Of a stretch of 64,000 bases of DNA, positions 38,144-50,600 are shown in pieces (within the stretch, counting starts at the first letter, position 1; the number at the start of each line of letters is the position of its first letter). The translations under genes were made by a program, and so were the position numbers. Below the pieces are notes generated by a model. The model saw only the letters and a program-made list of their open reading frames with translations. It made no database searches and was not told where the DNA came from. Source of the stretch: Azolla caroliniana (Eukaryota > Plantae > Polypodiophyta). Where the stretch lies: contig JBHGNT010000008.1 of NCBI GenBank assembly GCA_043228905.1, positions 8,866,001 to 8,930,000 of the forward strand, given 5' to 3'.

Positions 38144-39106
38144 CATATAAAAATATGAAACTAGGGCAAAAGGTAGGTGTGGTAGGAACATAACATAACA
38201 TTGTATGTATAGAGAGTGTGTGTGAGAGAGAAAGAGTGAGCGTGAGAGAGTGGCGGCACATTTACTGTGGAACTTGCCAAGAACCCTAAGTGGGTATTCT
38301 CTAAGTTACAGAGAGTTTGTAACCTATTCTTTCTCCTGTGTATTGTCTGTTCATATAGTGGAATATCTATTCCTGTGGTTTCCCCCCTAATTTAGGGTTT
38401 CCACGTAAAACGGTGTGTACTATGTATTTTCTGTGTATTCGTTGTTTTCTTGTTTCCGTGAGCTACATTTCAACATATCTTTCCACAGATCTATGGTCTT
38501 GTTTGCTACAGATTGGTATCAGATCTTGAGGTGCAAAAATGGAAGGAGGTGTGAGCGGCTTTCCAAGCATGATGGTCCTAAACTCACACAACTACTCAGA
38601 TAGGAAGATCTTCTAATTGTTAACTCTTCGGGCCGGACAATGGCCTAACACAGGGTGTCTACGGAAGACACTTCACCAAAGGGTGTTACGGCAACCGGAT
38701 TAGACTCAACGCTTAATCCGACTTAATTAAGTTACTTAGCATGATCGTCTTTCATAATTACACGCGTAAAATATAACAATTAAGACAGAACGACAATTAA
38801 CACAAAAAGATAACAACGCTAAGCTTCTATTAATTAACCGCTATCTATTACATTGTATCCGGGCCTTTAAATAGGTTTCCGGTCTGTATTACAAAATGGT
38901 GCCATCCGCACCTGTTCGGGATCGGTCCGGATCCGGAACGGCATACTGATTCCGGTCCGTCCGTCCACACTCATAGCTTAATTACAACCACATTCCTACT
39001 ACTTAAATATCTCTCCATTTCCCACTCTGGACTCCTTTGCCGGCCGGTAACACATGGCACGCCCGTGGGACAATACCTTGTACGTCGAATCCACAACCGA
39101 CCCTTG

Positions 39107-41881
39107 CTATTCTTCATCCAAAATATCCAGAATGCTTTGTTCGAGAGGCTCCAATGGTTCATCTGGAAGTGGTTGTTGTTGCTCTGTTGATGTCTGCTGC
39201 GGCGGGTCCGTTGGTAGCTGCTACGGCTGCTCCTCCGTTTGTTGCTCTGACACCGGCGTCTCCGTCGTTGCTCCCTCTGTCGTAGTGGTCTCCGGTTGAT
39301 TGATACCGGGCTGGCCCTCAGCCGGCGACGGTTCCTCATCACTAAGGTTAACCGTTGCCGCTTCCCGTGCTTTTTCTTCCCGAACCCGGGACCGCTCGTA
39401 GCTTTCAAACTGGATTTGAGCGTCCAGCCTATCATCGTCTAGCTGAGCTACGAGCTGCCTGACCTGCGCCAGCTGTTCATCTGCCAAGACTTGGAAGTCG
39501 TCAGCCAGCTCGTCCCGTATGGTGGTGAAGTCCTCGGAAGTCAACGTATAACAATCATCTCCTTCCTTCCGCCGGTTTGCCACATCTGCCCGTAGCAACT
39601 GGAGTTCCGCTGCGTTTTGTGCCCACTTTGTCCACCATTTTACGGAGCTTTCATCAATCAAGTGTTTTGTCTGATTCAGCCATGCCCGGAGGATGGACTG
39701 AATCTGGCTCGTTCCCAATTGCGATTTGGTTTCCGCTGCTTGCCGTTCCTCCTTCAATTGTTTGATGATTTTGACATTGTCCTCCGCCTGCGCCTTGTAA
39801 TGCGTCAATTGCCTTTTATATGTGCTTTGTCATTTCTGCAATACTGTTGACGCTCTCTCTTTGTCTTCTTGCTGCTGCCTTTGGAGCTCCATCCGGACCT
39901 TCTCCGCCTCGTCCAAGCGTCTTGTATTTTCCGCACGTTCGTCGGCGATCGCCGTCACGGCCCGATCAACTGCCTGCTGGAGCTCGGCCATCCGTTCTTT
40001 ATGCTCCGTTTCCAGCCGTTTGTAGTCCCGGTGCAGGTGCTCAAAGTCCTCTGTCTTTTGCTTGAGCCGTGCGTTGATCTGTCGACGAGCCCGGTCCTCG
40101 CGGTCCTTCTGTTGGCGGAGCTCTTCCTTTAGCCGTTCAATCTCTATTTCTGCCGTTTTCCGCAGCTTGTCCTTTTGCTGCAGCACTTTGTCTTTCTCCT
40201 CCTTTAGCCGGTCGTACGCTTGATGGCCTTTCCGGAGGCTCTCCTCTGCCTGGCGGAGGTTCTCAACAGTCTTCTTTAATTCAGCTTCGGCCGCTGTCTT
40301 CAATTCCCGTTCACGGCTCCTTAGCGCTTCTTGTGCAGCAAGTTCGTCTCTCAATTCCGCAAGCTCCTGGGCTTGCGCCGCATCTCTCGCCGGAACGGTT
40401 TCCGTTGCCGGGGTCTTATTGCTATGTACAGGTCGATCCGTTTCTTTATTCTGTACACTTACCGGAGTCACCGGTGATTGGATCTGTGTTGCCGTTAAGG
40501 CCATTTTGGCCATCTCTGTCGTGACCTGATCCAAGTCTTTTTCAAGGCACCGGATTCTGGACCGGGCCGTCTCTAGTTGTTCGGTTGTGACGAGCAACTG
40601 TTCGCTTTGCGCTCTTTCTTCCGCCTCAATATACCCCACTGCTCCGGCAATCTGTTCGCCTATCCACAGGAGCCACAAGCTACCGGTGCCTTGTTGTGCT
40701 TGCACGGAGGTTTGACAGATGGGCTCACTTGTAGAGGGGTGGTCCCGCCTGATTGCGCCGAGTTGCAGTTCCGTTTCTGCCCGTGGACCACCCTGCTATC
40801 TTGGTTCCCCTTGCGCTTCTTCTTGGCTGGCCGAGGGAGGCTGCATTGACCTTTCCGGCTCTGGCAGGATGGGACTTGCCGGTGTTGCCGGTGGTGCCGG
40901 GGCTTCTGATTCCGGTGCCATGCGCACCGGTTCCGGTTCCTTCCTTGGCGTGGGAGTCTCAGTAAGGGGAGCCGGTGTTCCCTCTGTCTGAGGGTCTGAA
41001 CGTTTCCCGACTATCTCAACGGTCCTTGCCGACGATCGTTGCTGGAGGTGCTCCGTAGGCTCCTCCTCTATTTCCTCTTCCTGAGCCCCGACATTGAGTT
41101 TTGCTGCCAAGGGGCCCGCTTCTCTATTCCCCGGTCGGCGGAGTGTAACATTTACGGGCCGTGCCGGTTGTTCCTCCTGCGCCTCCGTTGGGCGCTTCCG
41201 GCTGCCGCTTCCTGCTGCTGCCTGTTTTGCATCCGCCGCCTTTCCCTTAGTAGCCTTAGAGGCCAACAACTGTTGTCGTTTGGAAGCCGTCTTTGGGGTG
41301 CCGTCCGCCACTCTTCCTCGCTTCTTGGGCTGGACGGGCTGGACGGGTGGCACAAGCAAGGTGAGCCACTGCGTTACGGCGTGCCATATCCTCCGTCCGT
41401 CTCGGCCTTCTTTGCCGTCTTTGCCTTTGACGATCTTGATCGCCGCACACAACCCGTCTGCGATCAATACCGGCCAATCCACCTTGACCCCTTCATAGGT
41501 GGCGATGATCATCCCTGCCCGGTTCTGCGGCATGACCGGGGGTCTAGGGTACACGTGGCCGTACTCGTGGAGCACACGAGCAATCTCGCGGAACAGCATA
41601 TCTCCGCCGCCCTGTGTCCGGTAGCCCTTGCTGGCTAGAGAATACTCACCAAAATACCTGATGAGTTGCTCCGGGGTTGGATTGTCGATTGTGAGTATGC
41701 CTCCCTCCGGAAGGCCTGTTAACGCTCGAATCGCCTCTGCCGTTATGACCTTTGTGTCGATTTCTTTGATCACTTTGTCGGCTTCTTTGTGTGGCGGTAC
41801 TTCCATCATCATCAAGAAGCCCTCGAGCCCGTGTTGTTTTAGCCATGTCTTGGCGGCTTCCGACAGCGTTTGCGGGTCCAT
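39107..41881 (-). pseudogene. Extra 3' ORF of Gypsy H (~920 codons, three in-frame stops): globular N-terminal domain plus long coiled coil
   Basis: ORFs 40796-42103, 39830-40705 and 39221-39808 share one frame. Stops at 40796 (TAG), 39830 (TGA) and 39221 (TAG) are each one C>T change from CAG/CGA. The frame next closes at TAG 39107. Likely start MDPQT at 41881. Confidence 0.8.
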
Positions 41882-42255
41882 TTCTGTGTCGAGGTCGGAT
41901 TGCGGTGGCGAGGTTGGATGGTGATGAGAGTGAGGTTGAGAGAGAGAGAGTTCAGAAGGCGGGGGTTCTCTGTGCACAGGTTCTCGTCTGATGATCTTGC
42001 AGCGTCTTGGTGCTTCTGTGCTCCTGGGTTCGCGAAAGTAAAGGGTCTCTACGCGCAATGGTTTTTGTCTGTGCATTCTGGCGCCTTTTTTGAGTGTGTG
42101 CATGTCGTGTACTAAAATAGCATTATGTCCTGTGGTGGCGCTTTAAATGCCCACTACGTACCTTTTCGCTCCTCGCTCTTTCATCCATTCATTCCTCACT
42201 TTTGCATGATTGTTTTTTTTTTTTTTTTTTTTTAACAATTTAATTTAGTGTGAGG

Positions 42256-43560
42256 TCACTTGTCCGTTGGTCCTCTCGGACCCTTACCGGCCTCATTTTC
42301 CCCAGTTACCGGCTCGTCGTCTCTACCGTCTTGGTGGTTGCCGTTTCCCTCACTGGTGTCGGTCCTTTGCTCAAATGGGTTCTTAGGCATCGGTCCTCTA
42401 TATGGCTTCAACCGGAATCCGTTGACCCATTTGCCTAGCACTTCGCCGGCAAGTGTCCCTAAGTGGTAGGATCCATTATACTCCCGTGTTAGCCAATACG
42501 GTCCGGTCCATCTAAACCGTAGTTTACCCGGCATCTTGCTCATCCGGGTCTGAAATACTAACACCGGTTTGCCGATTGCGAACATTTTTTCGTTTCCTTT
42601 CCTGTGCCAGTAGACAAATGCTTTCCGTCGCCGCTGCTCCAATTCTAAGTGCAGGATGCAGGCCAGTCGTCGTTCCTCGAGTTCACACAGCGCTGTCAAC
42701 CGTATTGCCTACGAATCCTTCTCGTTCAGCCGTTCCCGTAGTTGGATCCGTAAGCTGGGTACTTGGAATTCCACCGGCATTACTACCTCTAGTCCAAATG
42801 CTAGCCGGAACGGTGTTGTTCGGATGCTCGTCTTGTATGCCGTCCGGTATGCCCAAAGCGCGCTATGTAGCTTTGTGTCCCAATCCGTTCGGTTTTCGTT
42901 GACGATCTTCCGGAGGATATTCTGGAGCGTCTTGTTCGTTGATTCCGCTAAACCGTTCGCCTGTGGATAGTAAGGTGTGCTCCGTTTGTGGACAACGGCA
43001 TAGAATGTCGTCAGGCTTTCCACTACTTGGCCGAGAAAGTGCCCTCCTTGGTCGCTTATTAATTCGATTGGGCATCCGTAACAACACCAGATGTACTCTA
43101 TAGAAATTTTGCCGTTGACGCAGCAGTGTTGTCCCTTAAAGCTTTGGCCTCCACCCATTTCGTGCAGTAATCCGTAGCAACGATGACGTACCGATTACCC
43201 GTTCTCATTGCTGGTGGCTTGAACGGTCCTACAAAGTCCAGCCCCCACTTCTGGAATGGCTCGAGTGGTAGTACCGGCTGGTGTGGCATACGAGCCTGCT
43301 CCGTTGGCTGGCCCATTCTCTGGCATAGGTCACATTCTTTTGCGTATCGTACTGCATCTCTTAATGTCGTTGGCCACAATAGGCCACTTTGCCATATTTT
43401 CCTGGCCGTCGCATCTCCGGCATAGTGACCTCCGGCAACTCCGCAGTGGGCTTCCCTCAGTATCAGTTCCTTTTCATCGCTGCGCAACGCCCGACTCCAT
43501 ATGCCGTCCGCGCCCTTGTGGTACAGTGTGTCTTGCAGTAAGCAGAAATGTCGGCTTTGC
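42256..43560 (-). pseudogene. Gypsy H integrase (HHCC, DDE, GPY/F), frameshifted
   Basis: [47 protein letters not shown]. Confidence 0.93.
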
Positions 43561-46500
43561 ACCGAATCGGAACGCGGAAGACATAGAAACCGTAGTCCCC
43601 AGAACCGGGAGAAGTCGGGGACACGGTCAAAGTCAAGGGGGAGGCCTACTTGCTTCTATTGCGGCAAGCCGGGACACTTCCAAAAGAACTGTCGGCATTT
43701 CCGTAAAGACAAGGAAACCGACGGTACCGATTCGAAGCAAACCCCGAACCGGAACGGTACAGACCGGAATGGTAAAGAACGGAGGGGGCCGGACCGGAAG
43801 GGAACGACGGCAATCGCGGCAAGTGAAGAGGAGTTGATGCTCATCACCGAGGAGAGTGAGATAAATCTTGCTGGCGACGAGATGACCTGGGTGGTAGATT
43901 CCGGAGCATCGTTCCACCTTACCCCGGACCGGAAATGCTTTGCATCCTACTCAGCCGGTGACCACGACCGTGTCCGGATGGGGAATGAAGGTATATGCCG
44001 AATTGTCGGCATAGGAGACGTGTGGCTGACAACACCAACCGGATGCAAGTTGCTACTGAAGGATGTCCGACACGTTCTGGAAGTTCGTCTGAACCTGATA
44101 TCAGCCGGTCAGCTAGATGATGAAGGCTACACGGGTAGCATCCGGAACGGTGTCATGAAGTTCAGCAAAGGGAGCCTGATTGTGGCTCGGGCCCGGAAGG
44201 TAAACACACTGTACCTGATGAATGCCCGGTTATGTCCGGAAGAAGTGAACGTGGCATCCGACACTGCCGGTGAGCTGTGGCACAAGAGGCTGTGTCATAT
44301 GAGGGAGAAGGGGATGAAGAGGCTTGCAGACGACAACCTCATTCCAGTGAAGAACGTGCACTTAGAGAAGTGCACTGATTGTCTGGCCGGTAAGCAGAAC
44401 CGGACCTCCTTCCGACCAAGGCCACCGATGAGACGTAATGCACCACTGGAGTTGGTGCATACGGATGTGTGTCAAGTAGACACGAAGTCACATGCCGGAG
44501 TGCAGTACTTCGTAACGTTCATAGATGACCACAGCCGGAAGCTGTGGGCCACACCGTTGAAGACAAAGGATCAGGTGTTATCCGTCTTCAAAGAGCTTCA
44601 CGCGAGAGTGGAAAGAGAAACCGGCTGGAAGCTGAAGGCGGTTCGAGCAGATAACGGAGGAGAGTACCGAGGGCAGTTCGAGGAGTACTGCCGCTCGAAG
44701 GGAATCCGGCTCGAATTTACTGTGCCGAAGACGCCGGAACTAAACGGACTGGCCGAGAGGATGAACCGGACCATAATGGAGAGGTTCCGGAGTATGCTAG
44801 CGCATGCAAAACTACCCAAGAAGTTTTGGGCTGAGGCACTGTCGACGGCGACATACGTGATAAATAGATCACCCTCAGTACCCTTGGACAGAGACACGCC
44901 ACAGAGAGTGTGGACCGGTAAGGAAGTATCCTACCGGCATCTGAAGGTGCTCGGGTGTCTCGCTTAGGTGCATGTAGCTAAGGACCGGAGAGGTAAGTTA
45001 GATCCAAAGACCCGGCCATGCATATTCCTCGGTTACGGTGACGATGAGTTCGGCTACTGAGTGTGGACCCGGTTGACAAGAAGGTATTCCGGAGTCGAGA
45101 TATTATCTTCATGGAGGACAAGACACTCGCCGACTGGGAGTCGGAGAAGAAGATGATGAACTCCGAGTCGATCGGTAAGGATAGACTCTACGATGAGCAG
45201 ACCCAACCGGCAAGAGACCGGTTAGCACTCGAGGAACCAGCCGGTTATGGTGAGGATACCGAACCGACAGAAGAAGAAGTAGAGGAAACTGATACCGGAA
45301 CCGGCCAAGACCCCGAATCGGATTCGGATGAAGAGGAAATGGATGAGCCAGTCACCGAAGCCCAAAGACGGAGATATCCTCTTAGAGAGAGAAGGGCCCC
45401 CCAGAGATTTCCGGATGCAGAGCATGTTCTGCTGACCGATGAGGGGGAGCCGGAAAGCTTCGAAGAAATGAAGGAAGACACCCACAGCCGAAAATGGTTA
45501 AGTGCCATGTAGGACGAGATGGATTCCCTGCATGAGAACCATACATACGAATTGGTGGACCTGCCGAAAGGAAAGCGGGCACTTCGAATCAAGTGGGTGT
45601 ACAAGTTGAAACCGGGAGATGCCGGCAACCCTCCGAGATACAAAGCAAGGATCGTGGTGAAGGGGTTCCAGCAGAAGAAGGGCGTGGACTTCGACGAGAT
45701 ATTTGCCTCGGTAGTAAAGATGACCTCCATCCGGACGGTGCTGAGTATAGCAGCAAGCATGGACCTCGAGGTAGAGCAGTTGGACGTGAAGACGACATTC
45801 CTTCACGGCGACCTCGAAGAAGAGATCTACATGCAGCAACCGGAAGGATTTGTGGAGAAAGGGAAGGAGCACCTGGTATGCCGGTTGAAGAAGAGCTTGT
45901 ACGGACTGAAGCAGGCTCCCCGGCAATGGTACCGGAAGTTCGACTCCTTCATGACCGATCAAGGGTACCACAAGACGCAAGCCGATCACTGCGTGTTTGT
46001 GAAGAGGTTCGAAGGAGGGGACTTCTTGATACTCCTCCTATACGTGGATGACATGTTGATCGTCGGACGTGACCAAGTCAAAATACGGATGCTGAAGAAG
46101 GCTCTCAACCGGACCTTCTCAATGAAAGACTTGGGTCCGGCAAAACAGATGTTGGGGATTCACATCATTCGGGACCGGTTAAAGAAGCAACTATGGCTGT
46201 CACAGGAGAAGTATGTGACAAAGGTGCTTCACCGGTTCAACATGTCAGAAGCGAAACTAGTCGGATCGACACTTCCGGCAAACTGCAGGCTATTCGGCAA
46301 GCAAAGCCCGAAGACAAAAGCAGAGAAGACGGATATGATGAAGATCCCATATGCCTCTGCCGTCGGGAGCTTGATGTACGCAATGGTTTGTACTCGACCG
46401 GATATAGGATACGTAGTCGGAGTGGTGAGCCGGTTTATGAGTAATCCCGGCAAGGAGCACTGGAATGCAGTCAAATGGATACTCCGGGTCTCCGATTCGG

Positions 46501-47345
46501 CTCCGGAAAACCTCAACTGGACGGTTTCACCGATTCGGACATGTCCGTTGATGTGGATACCAGCCGGTCTACATCCGGGTATGTAATAACATATGCAGGG
46601 GGGAGCTGTTTCATGGCAGTCGAGGCTGCAGAAGACGGTTGCATTGTCAACCACGGAGGCGGAGTACATGGCAGCTGTGGAAGCCGGCAAGGAAATCTTA
46701 TGGATGAAGGACTTCATTGGTGAGCTCGGTATACGGCAAGAGGAATACCGACTCTATTGCGATAGTCAAAGTGCCATCCACCTTGCTAAGAATGCGGCCT
46801 ACCATTCCCGGACGAAGCATATCCAGCGGAGGTATCACTGGATACGGGAAAGAGTAGATGACCAGGAGTTCGCACTGACGAAGATCCACACGGCCGAGAA
46901 TGGGTCAGATATGTTGACCAAAGTGCTGACACCCGACAAGCTGGATGCATGCCGGAAGAGGATCGGACTGGTAAGACACCCCATGCCGGAGTGAAGGGGG
47001 AGTTTGTTGGGAGACAGGTCCCTCCGGATGGGAAGGGAGAAGAACAGTGTGGACGAACATACTCGGCCGAGGCCGAAACGGTATGAGGAGTACCCGGCTA
47101 CGGAGAGCCGGATGATGCAGGCCCGGTATGAACCGGATGAGGAGTACCCGGCTACGGAGAGCCGGATGGTGCAGGCCCGGTATGAACCGGAGGAAGAGAC
47201 ATATTCGTAAATATGTTTCTGAGAGCCTATTGAGGCTATATTTTGTAAATAACCGAAAAGTCATATTAGTATAAATATGACTTAGGGCAAACTTTTAGTG
47301 TTGTTGTCAATTTCTGTCTTGCACGAAATCAGAGTGTGTAACTGT

Positions 47346-47387
<42 letters not shown>

Positions 47388-47669
47388 GTCGTTGCCTCTG
47401 TTGTAACCGCCGCCTGTGGCGAAGATCGTGAGCACGAGGTCGCTGCCTCCGTGGACTCACTGTTTTGTACATTATTACAGAGTGACAGTTTGCAGCCTGT
47501 GGACTGCCGTGGTTTTTCCCCTAGTTTGGGGTTTTCCACGTAAACCTCCTGTGTAGTGTGTGTATATCTTCCTCTCCTTTGTGTCGTGTTTTACTTCCCG
47601 TTTTCTGTGTATCATTCTACGCTGGGTTGTGGCCGAGCGTCGTGCATAAGGAACGTTGGGTTCCCGTCA
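43561..47669 (+). mobile_element. Copia element D nested in H; 5' LTR and gag start deleted; 3' LTR 47005-47669
   Basis: ORFs 43501-44967, 45063-45512, 45519-46586, 46593-46994. PPT GAAGGGGGAG then TGTTGGG...CCCGTCA. H pol resumes at 47670. Confidence 0.94.
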
Positions 47670-50600
47670 GTCCCGTGCTCAGAAACTGGTGCATATTTGT
47701 GAGCCATTTGTCTTCCTGTGCCACTGTCTCATCTGCTGCCGTCTCCGTAGTGACTCGAAACAGCTCCGCATCCGGAAACTCATCCGCTACTTCGTCACCC
47801 GTCTCTCCGGACTCTAATTGGCTTAAGTAATCCGCCACGGCATGCTGTATACCGGGTCGATGGAATATTTCAAACTCGAATTCCTGTAACAGTAAGATCC
47901 ACCGGGCCAATTTGCCGGTGAGTGACGCTTTGGACACCAGGTAAAGGAGTGCCGAATGATCCACATGGAAGGAAAACTTCCTTCCCAATAAATAATGCCG
48001 AAACTTTGTCACACTGTAGATCATCCCTAGAGCTTCCCGTTCCGTGGTAGAGTAGTTCCGTTCTGCTTGGGATAGCTTTCAGCTGGCATAGTACACTGGC
48101 CGATACCATTTTGGCTCCGTAAGCTGCATAAGTACGCTTCCGATTGCAATGTCAGAGGCGTCCACGAACACGTGAAATTCTTTACTCCAATCCGGAGGTT
48201 GCACTACCGGTGCTTGCGACAATAGTACCTTGAGGGCCCTATACGCCCTATCCTCGGTGTTGGTCCACTGGAATGGTGTCCGATGTACGGCGGCATGCAA
48301 CGGTGTAGCTAGGTCGGCCAAGTATCGGAGCATCCGGCTGTGCCACCGGATTTGGCCTAAGAACCGGCTTAATGCCTTTGCCTTTGCCGGCGCCGGTGCT
48401 TCTAATATGGCTTTTACTTTGTCCGGGTCTACTGCAATACCTTCCTGGCTCACAATATGTCCTAATAGAGTTCCACTGGACACGCCAAATACACACTTTG
48501 CCGGATTCAAGCTTAGCCGATACGCTCTACACTTTTCAAGACAAAGACGGAGGTGCTGAAAATGGTCCTCCTCCCGGCTATAGACAACGAAATCGTCAAG
48601 GAAAACCTGCATAAAAGCCGGGATATATTCACCAAAGATTTCCATGATGATTCGTTGAAATGTTGCCGGTGCCGTTTTGAGTCCGAACATCATCACCACG
48701 GCCACAAACACCCCCCATTCAGTGACGAAAGCCGTTTTCTCTTGGTCGTCGGGGTGCATCTGGATCTGATTATACCCACTGAATCCGTCTAGGAAGCTAT
48801 AGACCTCATGGCCGGCGACGACATCCAACACTCCATCTGTGAACGGGAGTGGAAACGCATCCGTTACCGTAGCCGCATTGAGTTTCCGGTAGTCCACGCA
48901 AACTCGAATTTTTCCGTTCTTCTTCGGTACGACTACGATCGGGCTCAGCCATGTCGCTTTCTTTACCGGACGGATAAAGCCAACTCTTAGTAGTTTGTCG
49001 ATTTCCTCCTTGACTTTGGCGGCATAATTGGGATTCATCCGGTACCGTCTTTGTGCCACTGGTTTTGCGTCCTTGCTCAAGTGTACCTGATGCTGGTATA
49101 ATTGAGGGTCGAGTCCTCGCATGTCTTCGTATGACCAGGCGAACACATCGCGAAATTCTGTGAGAAGTGTGATCATCGCCGTTTTGTCTTCGGACTTCAT
49201 CTCCTTGGCGATGTGCACCTGTTTAGCTTCGTCCGTGGTCCCTAGGTTCACCTCTTCCAATTGCGACGCTTTTACGCGCTGTGAAACGGCCATTTTCCGT
49301 TCCAACGCTTCCTACGCTTGTCGTAACTCCCGGATTGCGTCTTTATCCGGTTCTGCTTCAGCCTCTTCCGGTTGCGGTAAGTATGGTGGTACTGCTTCGG
49401 CAATGTCAATTTCGAAGAGGGGTATGATCTTCGGGTTTTCTTGCAGGTACTGAGCTTCTTCTTCGTCCACTAACCCTTCTAGCATGTTGACGCATTCCGC
49501 ATACAACGGTGTACATTCCTTGCCAGTGCTTGTCCTTGGCTGTGTTGGTACCCGTACCTTGGCTTTTCCTCGCCAGAAGGTAATTATATTTTTCTGCCAA
49601 TTCTGTTTGATATGTGCTGTTTTCAACCATGGCCGCCCCAACAATAGCGGGTATGCGCCTTGTGCCTGTAATTGTAGCACTACGGCCGAGATGTGAAATG
49701 TATGACCGCCGACGGTGACTTCTAATTTCCGTATTAATCCTGTCGGCCGCACTGAGCTTGTATCGGCCATCTGCAACCAGAACGGACACGGCTCCCACTC
49801 GTGGATTCCTAGGGCATCACACGTCCGGAGGCTTATTACATTCACCCCAGAGCCTCCGTCTATAACTGTGCCGGGGAGTTCTTTCCCTTTTACAATGGCA
49901 GTGATTACCGGACTGCTGGTGTCCACCACCGTTGGTCCCTCCTCCGGATTCGAGAAGAGTACCGGTGCCGGTGATGGTTCTCCTGCCGTCATGGCCGTCT
50001 TCAGTCCTTCCGTGAATCTTGGCACGAGTTGTAGGAGTCTTCCTAGTGGCAACGTAATCTGGCATTCTTGCAACGCCTGCCATGTCTCGTTCTCGGAGTG
50101 ACTACCGCCGGTAAGCCCTGCGGTGTTCTCCTTTTGCCGCTGTAAGTCTGTGACATTCTGTTCGTTTGCTTTCTTTATCCATTCCGTTGCTTGTTTCCGG
50201 ATGGTCTCCTGCGTCTCCCATTCCTTGGCCATGCCCTTCGACCTTGTGGTCACCTGCTGTAGATCTGCCACCTCAGGGACTACCATATTTACCGCCAGTC
50301 GTTTTTCATAGCTCTTCACCGGGCATTGGTTACTATAATGGCCTTCCTGTCGGCAGTAGTAGCAGTAGGCTTTCCGGGTATTGCTAGATTCGGCATTGTC
50401 TGTTGTACCCGGGGCAGGTCCTGCGGTACGCGCGGGGTTTTGTACCGGTTGGCTGCTTGGAGCTCCTTGTTCCGGATCCCGGGGGTAGTCGCCTTTTTTA
50501 AAATGCTGTTTTTTGTTATAGCTCTTCTTATTACGGTACTCTTGACGGGGTTGCCCGTTATATCTGCCGTATTCCTCTCGTTGCTGACGATACTCGGGGG

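Noticed and set aside
39055-39071. tRNA gene
   Set aside because: Only ~17 nt matching a tRNA 3' end including CCA; no cloverleaf or A/B boxes.
43501-44967. Novel N-terminus on a Copia polyprotein
   Set aside because: The first ~20 codons are antisense Gypsy integrase joined by a deletion.
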